A stretch of DNA of 60,929 nucleotides, the filler included. It is 4 parts of 4 records of this genome, joined end to end, with 100 filler letters (N's around TTAATTAATTAA, not from the genome) between each part and the next. Parts side by side here need not be neighbours in the genome. Positions count along the whole stretch, not along the records: positions 1 to 14,798 come from SRR31156797_1562; 3 more parts are not named here. One strand, given 5' to 3'. Each line of letters opens with the position of its first letter. Positions within the stretch are counted from its first letter, which is position 1. Below the pieces are notes generated by a model. The model ran no database searches. It saw nothing but the letters and a program-made list of their open reading frames with translations, and was not told the origin of the DNA. Shown one piece after another: positions 1-10,252 of the stretch. The translations under genes were made by a program, and so were the position numbers.

Positions 1-707
1 ACAATGGGGACCGAAACCTTGCATGCCTCCGCGGCCCTAACAAGAAAAGAAAGGTTTTTCCTCGGCTCAAGGGTTCCCACAAACAGAAAATACGCATCCG
101 GCAACCCTAGATCCCTGATGACCGCGCGAACCTTTACCGGGTCCCTTGGATAAAAAAACGGGCTGGGAGCTAAGGGAACAGCAGTGACCTTTTCCTGTCC
201 AATGAGCAATTCGCGGCACACTTCGGAACGGATATAATCGGAAATGGTTATGATGTGGGCTGCATACTTCATGCGGCGCCTAAAAAACAGGTCTGAAAAC
301 CAGGTCCGGGACCTGGGATGCCGATCCCTATATTTCAAAAGGGATAAATCGTAAATGGTAAAAACCTGTGGAACATCCTTCATGGCCGAAACCACATAGT
401 TTGTTTCGTGGTACACATGATATTCATTGGCCCTGACAAACCGCCGCAACTTATGTTCGTATGACAGCCAACCGATGCTCCGCAGCCCAAATGCCACAAC
501 CTCCGGGAGCTTTCGTTGCCACGAGGTATTTCTGAGCCAGGTTTCGGATTTTACGTTAACCGGCATCACCTGTGCACTTGAATGTCCCGAAAAATAATGA
601 ACCCTTACCCCTGAAATCCTTTCCATCTCCAGATAAAGGTTCCTAACGTACCGTGAAATACCGGTGGCAAGACCCTCTAATGGAATCACATCAACCAGGA
701 TATTCAT
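1..707 (-). CDS. GT4 family glycosyltransferase (partial; 3' end runs off the window)
   Basis: Manual minus-strand translation from ATG at 707 gives MNILVDVIPLEGLATGISRYVRNL...VYHETNY...FTIYDL...FLFVGTLEPRKNL, which are typical GT4 motifs. The ORF track misses it because there is no stop in the window. Confidence 0.85.
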   Translation of the reverse strand, partial: MNILVDVIPLEGLATGISRYVRNLYLEMERISGVRVHYFSGHSSAQVMPVNVKSETWLRNTSWQRKLPEVVAFGLRSIGWLSYEHKLRRFVRANEYHVYHETNYVVSAMKDVPQVFTIYDLSLLKYRDRHPRSRTWFSDLFFRRRMKYAAHIITISDYIRSEVCRELLIGQEKVTAVPLAPSPFFYPRDPVKVRAVIRDLGLPDAYFLFVGTLEPRKNLSFLVRAAEACKVSVPI

Positions 708-886
708 ACAGGAATCTCCGATGCTTCCCCACCGGGCCGTTTATGTTGAAAAAATTTTTCATATCTCTGCGCATCTGAACAAAACATAGGCCGATTTGAA
801 AATAGAGTTTTTATACTCAAGCCCTGTTTTGCTTGTTGTATTAGGACAGGATTCAATTCTTGCCGGTTGTTGTCATCCACGTTCAT
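704..886 (-). CDS. small hypothetical protein
   Basis: 60-aa ORF filling the gap between two GT genes, with a 4-bp ATGA overlap with the downstream GT4 start. No recognisable motif. Confidence 0.3.
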   Translation of the reverse strand: MNVDDNNRQELNPVLIQQAKQGLSIKTLFSNRPMFCSDAQRYEKFFQHKRPGGEASEIPV

Positions 887-901
887 GGGCTGAATCGGAG
901 C

Positions 902-2272
902 TTAGCAAGCTGCTCGGATTCCGGGGACTGCTTCAAAAACTTTGGTATAAAAACTGACAACACTTTCTTCCCAGGTCAAAATCGGCATATTGTCAAATGA
1001 TCGATTAAGGGCAAGGCTTCCCGCCTCAATATTTTCGATTTTTTCAGCCAAATCATATCTATTCTCTATGTCAAAATAAGCGATTTTATCTCCTCCTATC
1101 TCCCTATGCACGGGGATATCGCTGGCAAGCACAGCTAAATTATGCTGCAGGCTTTCTACGATAGGCAGCCCAAACCCTTCTACCACTGATGGGTATATGA
1201 ACACTTTCGATTTAGAGTAACAGTAGTCAAGTTCAGAGTCATTGACATCATTGAACATAAATAAATTTTTATCGTATAACTTATGCTCTTTGATTCTTTT
1301 AACTGTGTCTTCGGCTTTCCATCCAATTTTCCCAACAATACATAAAACAACATCAATATTCCTACTCCATAGGATATCAAAAGCATCAATTAAGTATTTA
1401 TGATTTTTTCTCGGTTCAATGGTGGAAACCGTCAGATAAACCGACTTTTTTTTGTCAAAAATATCTTGTAAAATTTTATTTTTTACGGGCTGATTATTTG
1501 TGATATCTGAACCGAGAAAATTATATGTTAAAATATAGTTATATTTATTTTTTGCATTTGTTTCTATATAATTAGCCATATCATTATTAACAGTTTCTGA
1601 AATAGCAATATACATGTCATAATAATCCAATGTACGTAGAAGCCATTTATTGAACGGTTCAGCGATATCATCATTGAAAAATTGTGGATAATTTAAGGGT
1701 ATTAGGTCATAAATAATACCCGCTATAATACCGCCTCGTTTTTTAAATTTTTCCATATAGGCCCACTGGTCCAAGGCCCATCCGGCATCAATAAAAACCA
1801 AAATATCACCATCTTTGGTATGCAAAATCTGTTTCTTTTCAGATGAGCCTAATAACATTCTTCTTGTGTTTCTGAAAAATAAACTACAATTTTCGGACCT
1901 CTTTATATTGCAATTACCGGCTCTATTTATTGATAGAAAATATTCTGCACTCAACATCTCTTCATTGTCAATTACAACAGGGACTACCGGTACTTTTAAA
2001 ACATCCGATACTCTTTTCATATAAAGCAAGTGTTTATTTACGACCCGCTGTATACCGCTATTTGCATCTGTTTGCACATAGTGGGACACATCCACAAAAA
2101 TTACATTTTTTCTTTTTTGGAGAAAAAAATATTCTTTTTCAGTTAATGGGGTTTGTCCTTCGAAAATGAATCTGGATACAAATTTTGCAAATAATTCATA
2201 ATGAACCAGAGGGTTCATTTTTGAAAAAAGAACATCATTGTATTTTTCAATAATGAACTTAAAAACTTTCAT
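902..2272 (-). CDS. GT4 family glycosyltransferase
   Basis: Motifs SGIQRV, IYDLIP, VSTIEPRKNH, YPSVVEGFGLP and ASDIPVHRE. Start moved to ATG 2272 (MKVFK), which overlaps the upstream stop by 14 bp. Confidence 0.88.
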   Translation of the reverse strand: MKVFKFIIEKYNDVLFSKMNPLVHYELFAKFVSRFIFEGQTPLTEKEYFFLQKRKNVIFVDVSHYVQTDANSGIQRVVNKHLLYMKRVSDVLKVPVVPVVIDNEEMLSAEYFLSINRAGNCNIKRSENCSLFFRNTRRMLLGSSEKKQILHTKDGDILVFIDAGWALDQWAYMEKFKKRGGIIAGIIYDLIPLNYPQFFNDDIAEPFNKWLLRTLDYYDMYIAISETVNNDMANYIETNAKNKYNYILTYNFLGSDITNNQPVKNKILQDIFDKKKSVYLTVSTIEPRKNHKYLIDAFDILWSRNIDVVLCIVGKIGWKAEDTVKRIKEHKLYDKNLFMFNDVNDSELDYCYSKSKVFIYPSVVEGFGLPIVESLQHNLAVLASDIPVHREIGGDKIAYFDIENRYDLAEKIENIEAGSLALNRSFDNMPILTWEESVVSFYTKVFEAVPGIRAAC

Positions 2273-5200
2273 TTTCTTTAAAATATTCAACACTCTTAAA
2301 ATACCTTCGAGCAATCTCTTTCTCCTTGCTAAAAAGCATACCATCAATATATTTCCCGTATAAATCATGATATAGATGAATTGTCTTTTCCGCCGTATTT
2401 TCCCAGGTGAATCTCTTAACCCTTTCAAACCCTTTTCCAATGAGTCTATTTCTATACTGAACATTTGTACAAACTGAAAAAATGCTTTCAGCCAGTAAAT
2501 TCACATTCGTGGCATCAGTCAAGCATGCTGCATCCCCCAATATTTCGGGAATAGAAGTTTTATCTGAGGCGACAACGGGTATACCGCAGGCCATGGCCTC
2601 TAAAGGAGGAAGGCCGAATCCCTCATACAGAGAAGGGTAAACACATAAATCCGCTGAATTATAAAAGGCAACGATGTCATCTTCATCAATTTCGCCTAAG
2701 AAAATTATGTCCCTAACCAGATTGTTTGTTTTTGATAACTTAATAATCTCCTTTTCTATTCCGGAATCAATTATGTTACCCGACAAAACAAGCTGATGTG
2801 GTAAATCGGTATTCTTCTTAAGATCGATATAGGCCAATACGAGGTTTTTTAAATTCTTATGGGGAAAGTGATTTCCAAGATAAAACATAAACCTTTCAGC
2901 AACTTTGTACTTATTTTTTATTTTCAAAAGGCGTTTGGAATCATCGACCCTTTTGAATTTTTTATCTATACCGAGGTATATCACCTCAATTTTTTCCGGT
3001 GCAACCCCCAGATTTTCCACAATGTCATTTTTGGTAAATTCTGAAATGGCTGTAATTTTGTCTGCCCATGAACAAGCCATTTGGAGCTGATCCACCACCT
3101 GTTTATGTCCAGCAGGAGAGTCTCCGGTTAAATTCTTAAATAAAATCAGATCTAGCACTTGTACTATACTTATGGGAGCCAAAGCAAAAAGTGATGTGTA
3201 AATAGCACCTTCAGGACAATGAAATGGGTGAACTGAATGAAAAATATCGATACAAGGTTTATCCGAATTAAGATTTTCAAGGCTTACGACATCGCTTAAC
3301 CTATCAATATATTTCATAACATATTCATTTTTAGAGCTGTTTCCTCCTATTTTTTGTCCTCTTTCAACATAAACCGTATAATCATTAATTCTATCGGACT
3401 CCAGTATGTTATAAAATGTATTATATGAAACTCTTGATGTTCCATCTATCCCGTTAATTTGAACACCATTATAACCAATACGTATAGGTTTATATTTTCG
3501 TTTATTAAAATATGTACAGCATAATTTGTTTAACAAACTATTATCTATATCGTAGTTAGGTTCATTTACAGGTATATTTATATTATAAAAAGGATCATTT
3601 TTTAAAAATTTTTCCCAACGTTTATGAAATAATGTTTTCTCATTCTTAAGGCGTGCCACTCTTTTAAATGACATATTCTCGTAATGATAAAGCTCTGCAT
3701 AAGGAGTAAAAACAATATATTTACCAAGATCATTATATAATCTTAAACAATAGTCAACGTCATTATATTCAGTTGCATATACTTCATCAAAGCCTTCAAT
3801 TTTTTCGAAATATACCTTATTCAGGATCATACATGCGCCTGTTACCGAAGAATAATTACGTATAATATGCGTATAATTATGTTTTGAAACATAATCTTTA
3901 TCCTTTTTACGGAATACGTGAAATATTGTATTGAATACACCTCCTACCATCCCGGCATGCTGTATTGTATCATTTCCATAATACAATTTTGCCCCGGCAC
4001 AACCTACATCCTTTAAATGAATCGCTTCGACCAAAGCTGTTAACCAACCACTGTTAATAACTTCCATATCGTCATTTAGAAGTACGAACAGATTTGTCGT
4101 CACATGTTTTACGGCGAAATTAACCTTTTTAGAAAAGTTAAAGACCTCCGATTCTTCTTTATAATTTATAGCCCTATATTTATATGACTTTAAATATTCA
4201 CGGGTAATATCCGTAATTTTATCATCAAAAACGATCAGGATTTCATAATTTGGATATGTAGTTCTTTCTGCGATGCTTTTCACAAAATTACACAGTATAT
4301 TTGGGGCACTGCGGGTACGCGCTTTGGCCATATTGTCATTGGTCAAAATTACCAACGTAACCTTTGGGGCATGGGTTATATCCGGCCGCAGACGATGGAC
4401 ACCCAAAAATGATCCATTTTCAATCTTGTGTTTTGGATATTGTTCCTGCAAAAGTCTTTTCATTCTATCAAAAACATATGGTTTCGCATCAGCTTTATCA
4501 GCGGCGGATCCCTCAATCTTACGCCACAGATACAAAATTTTGGGAATATGCACTATCCTGGAAGCTAATTTTACAGCCCGTAAGGTAAGATCATAATCCT
4601 GACATCCATCATATTCCTTTCTAAACCACCCTATCCTATCAAGTAGTGTTTTTTTAATCGTTATCATATGAAGGATATACATACATGATGATATATGGTG
4701 AGGGGACCAGTCTGGCTTTAAATAGGGATCACAGATATTGCCGTCGTAATCAAGTTTTGCCTCATCCGTATAAATAAAATCCGCATCGGGTGTTTTATTT
4801 ATAACATTTACAACCTCGTAAAGGGCGTTCGGCATTAATTCATCATCATGATCAAGGAACGAAACATATTCACCCGATGCAATCCCCAACGCATAATTGC
4901 TGGCTGTCGAAATATTTCCATTTTTTTTGGAATACACAATTTTAATTCTACTGTCCAAGAAGGCAAAATGATCAAGAATGATTCTTATTTCAGGATCTGT
5001 GGAAAAGTCATCACAAATACACAATTCCCAATTAGTGTAAATTTGATTTATTACGGAAAAGATACACTTTTTCAACCATTTTATTTCTACATTATATATT
5101 GGAACAATTATTGATATAAGTGGCCGATATTTTATCAGACCCATCCTATCTTTAATTTTTTTTAGTTCATTTTGTATATTAACATCCAACAATATTTCTT

Positions 5201-5450
5201 CATTTTCTATTACTGGTTTCGAATGAAGATATAAAAGTATTCTTTTATAGATTTGTTGTTTTATTTTTTCATTTAGCGTTGAAGATAAAGGCAAAATATC
5301 GATAAGTTTGTTCCCAAATTTTGATAATTTATCATTTTTCAATACCTTAGCCATTAAAGATGGGGCTAATATATTTTCATGCCGCGCATATTTTTTCCGA
5401 CATGTTATAAAATTATAAATATTTTCTATATTATATTTAAATTTTTTCAT
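2259..5450 (-). CDS. multidomain glycosyltransferase (GT2-GT2-GT4 fusion), surface polysaccharide biosynthesis
   Basis: GT2 domain 1 ([20 protein letters not shown]), GT2 domain 2 ([26 protein letters not shown]) and a C-terminal GT4 ([19 protein letters not shown]). Start is ATG 5450 or TTG 5459. Confidence 0.9.
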   Translation of the reverse strand: MKKFKYNIENIYNFITCRKKYARHENILAPSLMAKVLKNDKLSKFGNKLIDILPLSSTLNEKIKQQIYKRILLYLHSKPVIENEEILLDVNIQNELKKIKDRMGLIKYRPLISIIVPIYNVEIKWLKKCIFSVINQIYTNWELCICDDFSTDPEIRIILDHFAFLDSRIKIVYSKKNGNISTASNYALGIASGEYVSFLDHDDELMPNALYEVVNVINKTPDADFIYTDEAKLDYDGNICDPYLKPDWSPHHISSCMYILHMITIKKTLLDRIGWFRKEYDGCQDYDLTLRAVKLASRIVHIPKILYLWRKIEGSAADKADAKPYVFDRMKRLLQEQYPKHKIENGSFLGVHRLRPDITHAPKVTLVILTNDNMAKARTRSAPNILCNFVKSIAERTTYPNYEILIVFDDKITDITREYLKSYKYRAINYKEESEVFNFSKKVNFAVKHVTTNLFVLLNDDMEVINSGWLTALVEAIHLKDVGCAGAKLYYGNDTIQHAGMVGGVFNTIFHVFRKKDKDYVSKHNYTHIIRNYSSVTGACMILNKVYFEKIEGFDEVYATEYNDVDYCLRLYNDLGKYIVFTPYAELYHYENMSFKRVARLKNEKTLFHKRWEKFLKNDPFYNINIPVNEPNYDIDNSLLNKLCCTYFNKRKYKPIRIGYNGVQINGIDGTSRVSYNTFYNILESDRINDYTVYVERGQKIGGNSSKNEYVMKYIDRLSDVVSLENLNSDKPCIDIFHSVHPFHCPEGAIYTSLFALAPISIVQVLDLILFKNLTGDSPAGHKQVVDQLQMACSWADKITAISEFTKNDIVENLGVAPEKIEVIYLGIDKKFKRVDDSKRLLKIKNKYKVAERFMFYLGNHFPHKNLKNLVLAYIDLKKNTDLPHQLVLSGNIIDSGIEKEIIKLSKTNNLVRDIIFLGEIDEDDIVAFYNSADLCVYPSLYEGFGLPPLEAMACGIPVVASDKTSIPEILGDAACLTDATNVNLLAESIFSVCTNVQYRNRLIGKGFERVKRFTWENTAEKTIHLYHDLYGKYIDGMLFSKEKEIARRYFKSVEYFKENESF

Positions 5451-5990
5451 TATATTCAATTTTTTTGAATTTATATAATTCGGTTTTGAACCCTTTTTTT
5501 ATCTTAAGGTCTCAATTCGCAAGACGGAAACCACATATGGCTCCGCACTTTCACTTACATGCCGAAGCACTTGTCAAAGTGAATTGATTATGAAAAACAT
5601 GTCCATTTATATTCGGACTTACTGTTAACGGATAGAACCCTTGAAGTCAACTACGAAGAGGAGCTTCATTTTCCTGAAGGTATATTCCCTATCTTGGCCG
5701 CTTTTTTTCAGAGTTTTCCGTTGACTTCACAGATATTTAAAAGCAAGGCTTTACCGGAAAGCGATTTTCCCACTTTGCTCCTTATAACAGGCTCAGCCCG
5801 ATAGTCCGGTGATGTGCCGATCCTTTGATCAGCCCGGAGACGGAATCTATTTTATCTGACACACCGTATTCTTTCAAAATTATTGATAATACTAAAAATA
5901 TAGATTTTAATATTCTGACAATTCAGGGGTGTAATTGCAAGGTCTTTCAAAAATAAGGGCAGGGCATAATGTGAGATGATTGTTAATCTT

Positions 5991-6209
5991 TTTCCACGCA
6001 AAGCCCAAAGGAAATAGAAATAAACCGAAATCATCAAAACGGGAGCATCCGCAGTTTCTGACAGAACAAGTATCACGCGTGTGTTGTGCGAATGAATTCG
6101 CACCTACCGGTATATTTCGCTATTGGAAAACCAATTGTAGGTGCGGCTTTAGCCGCATTTGTCAGAAGCTGCGGATGCTCCCCATCAAAACCTTTCGCTT
6201 TGCGCGAAA
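5991..6209. repeat. nested palindromic element: pair of GTAG-type REP-like units inside a CGCAAAG/CTTTGCG inverted repeat
   Basis: 6086-6107 (- strand) GTAGGTGCGAATTCATTCGCAC and 6137-6158 (+ strand) GTAGGTGCGGCTTTAGCCGCAT. Outer arms are 5991-6011 TTTCCACGCAAAGCCCAAAGG and 6191-6209 CCTTTCGCTTTGCGCGAAA. Confidence 0.65.
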
Positions 6210-6270
6210 TATTTACTGGATCCATCTCAAAAAGCAGTTTTTTTTGGTTTCCATTAATAAGGGTTGGAAA

Positions 6271-7422
6271 CTAGATAGACACTTCAGACCTTATACCTTC
6301 ACCGATTTTATCCACAACATAGTCCTGCATTTCACGGGTCAACTCGGGGTATACCGGCAGAGCGAGCGTGTGCTGGGCGGCATATTCGCTGTTGGGAAAA
6401 TCCCCTTCCCCATAGCCAAGATCCTTGAAGCAGGCCTGCATGTGAAAGGAGACCGGGTAGTAGATTTCGGTGTTAATGTCGTTGTCAGCCAGGAATCGCC
6501 TTAACCGGTCCCTTTTTTCCGGGACCGATATCACGTACTGGTTGTAGATATGACAATCCCTTTCGTAGGCGACGAGCGGAGTTTTGACACCCATATCTCT
6601 CAATTGTTCATCATAGTAAGCGGCATTTTGCCGGCGCATTTTATGCCATTGATCCAGGTGTGGCAGTTTTACCGAAAGGACCGCCGCCTGTATGGGGTCA
6701 AGACGGAAATTACCGCCGATCATGGCGTGATAGTATTTGGGTTGGGCACCGTGGTTCCTGAGCATTTTGAGCTTATCATTCAGTTTCGGATCATTGGTGA
6801 CCACCATGCCGCCGTCTCCAATACCGCCCAGATTTTTGCTGGGGAAAAAGGAAAAGCAACCGATTGCTCCCATGCTCCCCGCCTTTTTAAGACCGGATAC
6901 GGATGGATATTGGGCGCCGATGGCCTGGGCCGCATCTTCAACAATTGGAATACCGCGCGCTTCGGCCAGCTCACAGATGGGATCCATATGGGCGCATTGG
7001 CCATAGAGATGAACGGGAATGATGGCTTTGACGCGGTGCGCTTCTTCGGGATGGGTTTCAAACCATTCTTTTAGAGCATCCGGGCTCATATTATAGGTGT
7101 CGGGATCGATATCCACAAACACCGGTTTCGCATTCAATCTGGCGATGACGCCGGCGGTGGCGAAAAAGGAGAAGGGTGTGGTGATCACCAGATCCCCGGG
7201 TTTAATGTCCAGGGCCATGAGGGAAACCAGGAGTGCATCGGTACCGGATGAAACACCTGTGCCGTATTTAACACCCGTATAGGAAGCGATTTCCTTCTCC
7301 AGTGCCTCCACTTTGGGTCCCATGATGTAGCGGGTGGAATCGATGACTTCCATGACGGCGTTTTTGATGTCTTTTTCAATTGTTTTGAGTTGTGCATTGA
7401 GATCAAGGAGCGGGATTTTCAT
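6271..7422 (-). CDS. DegT/DnrJ/EryC1/StrS family PLP-dependent sugar aminotransferase
   Basis: Motifs SSGTDAL, PVHLYGQ, EDAAQA and FSFFPSKNLG (PLP lysine). Confidence 0.95.
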   Translation of the reverse strand: MKIPLLDLNAQLKTIEKDIKNAVMEVIDSTRYIMGPKVEALEKEIASYTGVKYGTGVSSGTDALLVSLMALDIKPGDLVITTPFSFFATAGVIARLNAKPVFVDIDPDTYNMSPDALKEWFETHPEEAHRVKAIIPVHLYGQCAHMDPICELAEARGIPIVEDAAQAIGAQYPSVSGLKKAGSMGAIGCFSFFPSKNLGGIGDGGMVVTNDPKLNDKLKMLRNHGAQPKYYHAMIGGNFRLDPIQAAVLSVKLPHLDQWHKMRRQNAAYYDEQLRDMGVKTPLVAYERDCHIYNQYVISVPEKRDRLRRFLADNDINTEIYYPVSFHMQACFKDLGYGEGDFPNSEYAAQHTLALPVYPELTREMQDYVVDKIGEGIRSEVSI

Positions 7423-7480
7423 ATTGTTTTCCTTTATGGGGATGACTGACCGGGGGCAGTCACAATTTAAACCGATGGCT

Positions 7481-7537
7481 CACGCAAAGCAACAGGGGCC
7501 AAAGATCAGTGATTTTGTGTTTCTTTGCGTCTTAGCG
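7481..7537. repeat. CACGCAAAG...CTTTGCGT intergenic inverted repeat
   Basis: ACGCAAAG (7482-7489) pairs with CTTTGCGT (7523-7530). Same core as the outer arms at 5991-6209. Confidence 0.5.
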
Positions 7538-7555
7538 ATTTTTCATGAAAAACAT

Positions 7556-8323
7556 TCAATCCTGATTAACCCGGCTTCCGATGTATCCGGGGCGTTCACA
7601 AATGAGGGCGTCGATTTTCGAGCTTTTCTCGCTCATGAAACGCATCATACGTTCTGATTTGGCTCTTAAAAGGGTCTTATCCTGCTGTTCAATATCCCTA
7701 CCTTTGATGAGCATGTCATTTTCAAACAAAAAGGCTACAATGGCATCATCGGCGTCAAGCTGCACATCAAATTCCTTTTGCAGATAGGTCAGCCAATAAC
7801 CATACTCATGGGGGTGCTCCAGGTGTTCCCCGGGGATGCCCACATCAAAGCTAAGGGGTTTTGCCAGCCCTGGCATGAGTTTAGAACCACCCAGGTAGTC
7901 CAGCACGTGGGCCATTTGGTGAATGAGGGCGCTGTCGCTGATTTCGGGGGAGACGGCCAGATAGAGATGGTCCGGATCGCTAATTTTAGTTTTGAATATA
8001 TTGATGAGAACCCCGCCGGTCCCGGTTCCGTCCTTTTCGGAGCGCCGGGCATCCGCCAGATCGAGATCCTTATAGGCGGCCAGATCAATGAATTTGACAC
8101 CGGCTGAAGATCCCGTGAGTTTTTTGATGTCCAACCCTTCCAGCATCTCCCGGGAGCGGCCGTAGGAAACCTCCGGCAAGCCCGTTATGCGTGCGCTGTC
8201 CCCGGGGGAAAATTCACCGGCGATGGTTTCCTGGGTCAATTGGTCTTCTTTGCCGAGATGGCAACGTTTGAATTTTTTGCCGCTGCCGCAGGGGCAGGGA
8301 TCGTTTCTACCAATTTTAGTCAT
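7556..8323 (-). CDS. SEC-C motif-containing protein
   Basis: N-terminal [20 protein letters not shown] motif. Central HQMAH and HLEHPHE His-rich motifs. Confidence 0.85.
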   Translation of the reverse strand: MTKIGRNDPCPCGSGKKFKRCHLGKEDQLTQETIAGEFSPGDSARITGLPEVSYGRSREMLEGLDIKKLTGSSAGVKFIDLAAYKDLDLADARRSEKDGTGTGGVLINIFKTKISDPDHLYLAVSPEISDSALIHQMAHVLDYLGGSKLMPGLAKPLSFDVGIPGEHLEHPHEYGYWLTYLQKEFDVQLDADDAIVAFLFENDMLIKGRDIEQQDKTLLRAKSERMMRFMSEKSSKIDALICERPGYIGSRVNQD

Positions 8324-8331
8324 GGAATTCC

Positions 8332-8601
8332 TTAATCCTCAATAATCCGATCCTTCAGGGCATCATAAGACCAACAGGGCAGCGGACTTCTCTTGCCCGT
8401 TTGCGGGTTAACGCTGTTTCGGTAAGAGGCTGTGATCTCCTGGGTTTTCATCATGTGGTCCCAGCCCCTTTGAAAGTAGGCACAGTCATCATTAAAGCAT
8501 ACCCACAAAAATTCGCTTCCCCATGTGGAATCGGGGGGCACGGTCCATTTTTTCATCTCGCTGTCACAGTGGTGACATTTGGGTGTTTCCTGGTCAGTCA
8601 T
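8332..8601 (-). CDS. small Cys-rich (zinc-ribbon-like) protein
   Basis: CHHC...CFNDDC pattern. ATG 8601 is preceded by a GGAGAGG RBS. Confidence 0.75.
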   Translation of the reverse strand: MTDQETPKCHHCDSEMKKWTVPPDSTWGSEFLWVCFNDDCAYFQRGWDHMMKTQEITASYRNSVNPQTGKRSPLPCWSYDALKDRIIED

Positions 8602-8696
8602 GGTCCTCTCCGTAAAAAAAAAGAAAACCAAACCCCCAAAAAAACAATCCTGCCGGGGATTTGGTTTTGTATGTTATCTTAAAGTGTTCCCGGCAA

Positions 8697-9575
8697 TCAA
8701 CCGATGGCAGCCTGGATCACACCTTCCGGTGGAATGACATTGTAATTGAGTGCAGCATCTTTTTTCATATCCATTCCGAAGGCGATGGCCATCAACTGGG
8801 TCAGGTAAAGGATGGGCACATCAAAATTGGTACCGTATTTATCGTTAATCCTTCCCTGGTACAGTTCCAGGTTCATGGCACACATGGGACAGACCGTGGA
8901 AATGATGTCGGCGCCGTGGTTGAGCGCATCTTCCAGAATATTCTTGACCAGCTCCATGCAGTAGTCCATCTCCGGCAGAAAGATACCGGACCCGCAACAC
9001 TTGATCTTATTGGGGAAGGGCACCGCTTCAGCCCCCAGGGCCTCTATGAGGCGATCCTGAACCACCGGCTTGTTGACGCTGTCATATTCACCGTATGGCC
9101 TGACCGACTGGCAGCCCACATAACCGGCAACCTTAAGCCCGTTTAAGGGTTTGACCACCTTTTCCTTGATTTTGTCCACACCGATGTCATTATAGAGAAC
9201 GTCCTGAAGGTGACGCACGTTCAGGTTACCATTATATTTGAGATCCCCTTCAGACAAACAGGCGTTCACCTCGTCCAGTAGTTTGGGGGTCTCCTTGATC
9301 TCGTGGTTCACCTTGATCATCTGGATATAGCACGAACTACAGGGGGCCACCACATCATAACCGCCCTCGGCTTCGGCAATGGCCAGATTCCGCGCGTTGA
9401 GCACCTTGATGGCCAGATCTCCGGCGCCCGCATAGGACACGCTGGCGCCACAGCAGTTCCAGTCTTCTATCTCCAGGAATTCTATTCCAAGCGCTTCACA
9501 GGGAGGCTTCAGGGAAACCAGAAAATTGGCGCCGCTTCCTTCAAGGCTGCATCCCCAATAGAGAAAATATTTCAT
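8697..9575 (-). CDS. hdrB: heterodisulfide reductase subunit B-like (two CCG domains)
   Basis: Motifs YWGCSL, WNCCGA, CSSC, YVGCQ, KCCGSG and CPMC. ATGA overlap with hdrC. Confidence 0.92.
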   Translation of the reverse strand: MKYFLYWGCSLEGSGANFLVSLKPPCEALGIEFLEIEDWNCCGASVSYAGAGDLAIKVLNARNLAIAEAEGGYDVVAPCSSCYIQMIKVNHEIKETPKLLDEVNACLSEGDLKYNGNLNVRHLQDVLYNDIGVDKIKEKVVKPLNGLKVAGYVGCQSVRPYGEYDSVNKPVVQDRLIEALGAEAVPFPNKIKCCGSGIFLPEMDYCMELVKNILEDALNHGADIISTVCPMCAMNLELYQGRINDKYGTNFDVPILYLTQLMAIAFGMDMKKDAALNYNVIPPEGVIQAAIG

Positions 9576-10162
9576 CGTACGGCACCTCCCTTCTCCAGCA
9601 TTTCAGCCTTATCCAGCATCTTCTTAAGGGATTTAATCCCTTTGATTTTTCTCTCTGGCAGCAGTTTCATGCGATGATGAAGCAGCAATTTAATGCCGAT
9701 ATCCATGAAGTTGAGCGTTGCTTTGATCCCTTCCATAAAGCCACCGGCAAAAAACACCCGCCTAGGCAGGTCCTTTTCATCTACACGGCCAATCCGATAC
9801 ACCTGGTTCCAGAATTCCTTTCCGAACCTGGCCGTTTCGACCCGCGGCATATATCCCTTTGTGAGGGCATAGTGGGCCAACCCATGCATGACATCGATCA
9901 CGGGGATAGACCTGGGGCACTTGACCGCACAAGTATAACAGGATGTACACAACATGATAGCCTTGCTGCCGAGCACCACTTCTCTCTTTCCCGCTCGAAT
10001 GAGCGAAAAGACCTGCCTGGGCGGATAGTCCATGTGTTCCCGCAAGGGGCAGGATGCCGCGCAGACGCCGCAATTCATGCACATTTTGATTTCATCCCCA
10101 GAATGCACATTCTGGAAGACCTCCTCGGCAAAGGAGGGATTGTAGCCCACTGTATTTTCCAT
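9572..10162 (-). CDS. hdrC: heterodisulfide reductase subunit C-like 2x[4Fe-4S] protein
   Basis: CMNCGVCAASCP and CTSCYTCAVKCP. Soluble, with no cytochrome b membrane domain, so not QmoC. Confidence 0.9.
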   Translation of the reverse strand: MENTVGYNPSFAEEVFQNVHSGDEIKMCMNCGVCAASCPLREHMDYPPRQVFSLIRAGKREVVLGSKAIMLCTSCYTCAVKCPRSIPVIDVMHGLAHYALTKGYMPRVETARFGKEFWNQVYRIGRVDEKDLPRRVFFAGGFMEGIKATLNFMDIGIKLLLHHRMKLLPERKIKGIKSLKKMLDKAEMLEKGGAVR

Positions 10163-10176
10163 AGACGAGCCCCTTA

Positions 10177-10243
10177 TTAGGTTTAAGGTGTTAGGTATAA
10201 GGTTTTATTTATAAGGTGTTAGGTTTTGGGCTAACACCTTATA
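10177..10243. repeat. heptamer tandem repeat (TWAGGTN) with a 13-bp hairpin
   Basis: ttaggtt-taaggtg-ttaggta-taaggtt-ttattta-taaggtg-ttaggtt. TATAAGGTGTTAG (10210-10222) pairs perfectly with CTAACACCTTATA (10231-10243). Confidence 0.75.
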
Positions 10244-10252
10244 GCAAGTTGT

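Noticed and set aside
2273-2464. 64-codon N-terminal extension of the GT4 ORF
   Set aside because: Overlaps the end of the 1066-aa gene; ATG 2272 is the more plausible start.
5852-6504. Short ORFs across the GT-DegT intergenic region
   Set aside because: They cross palindromic repeats or are antisense to the DegT gene, with no coding signal.
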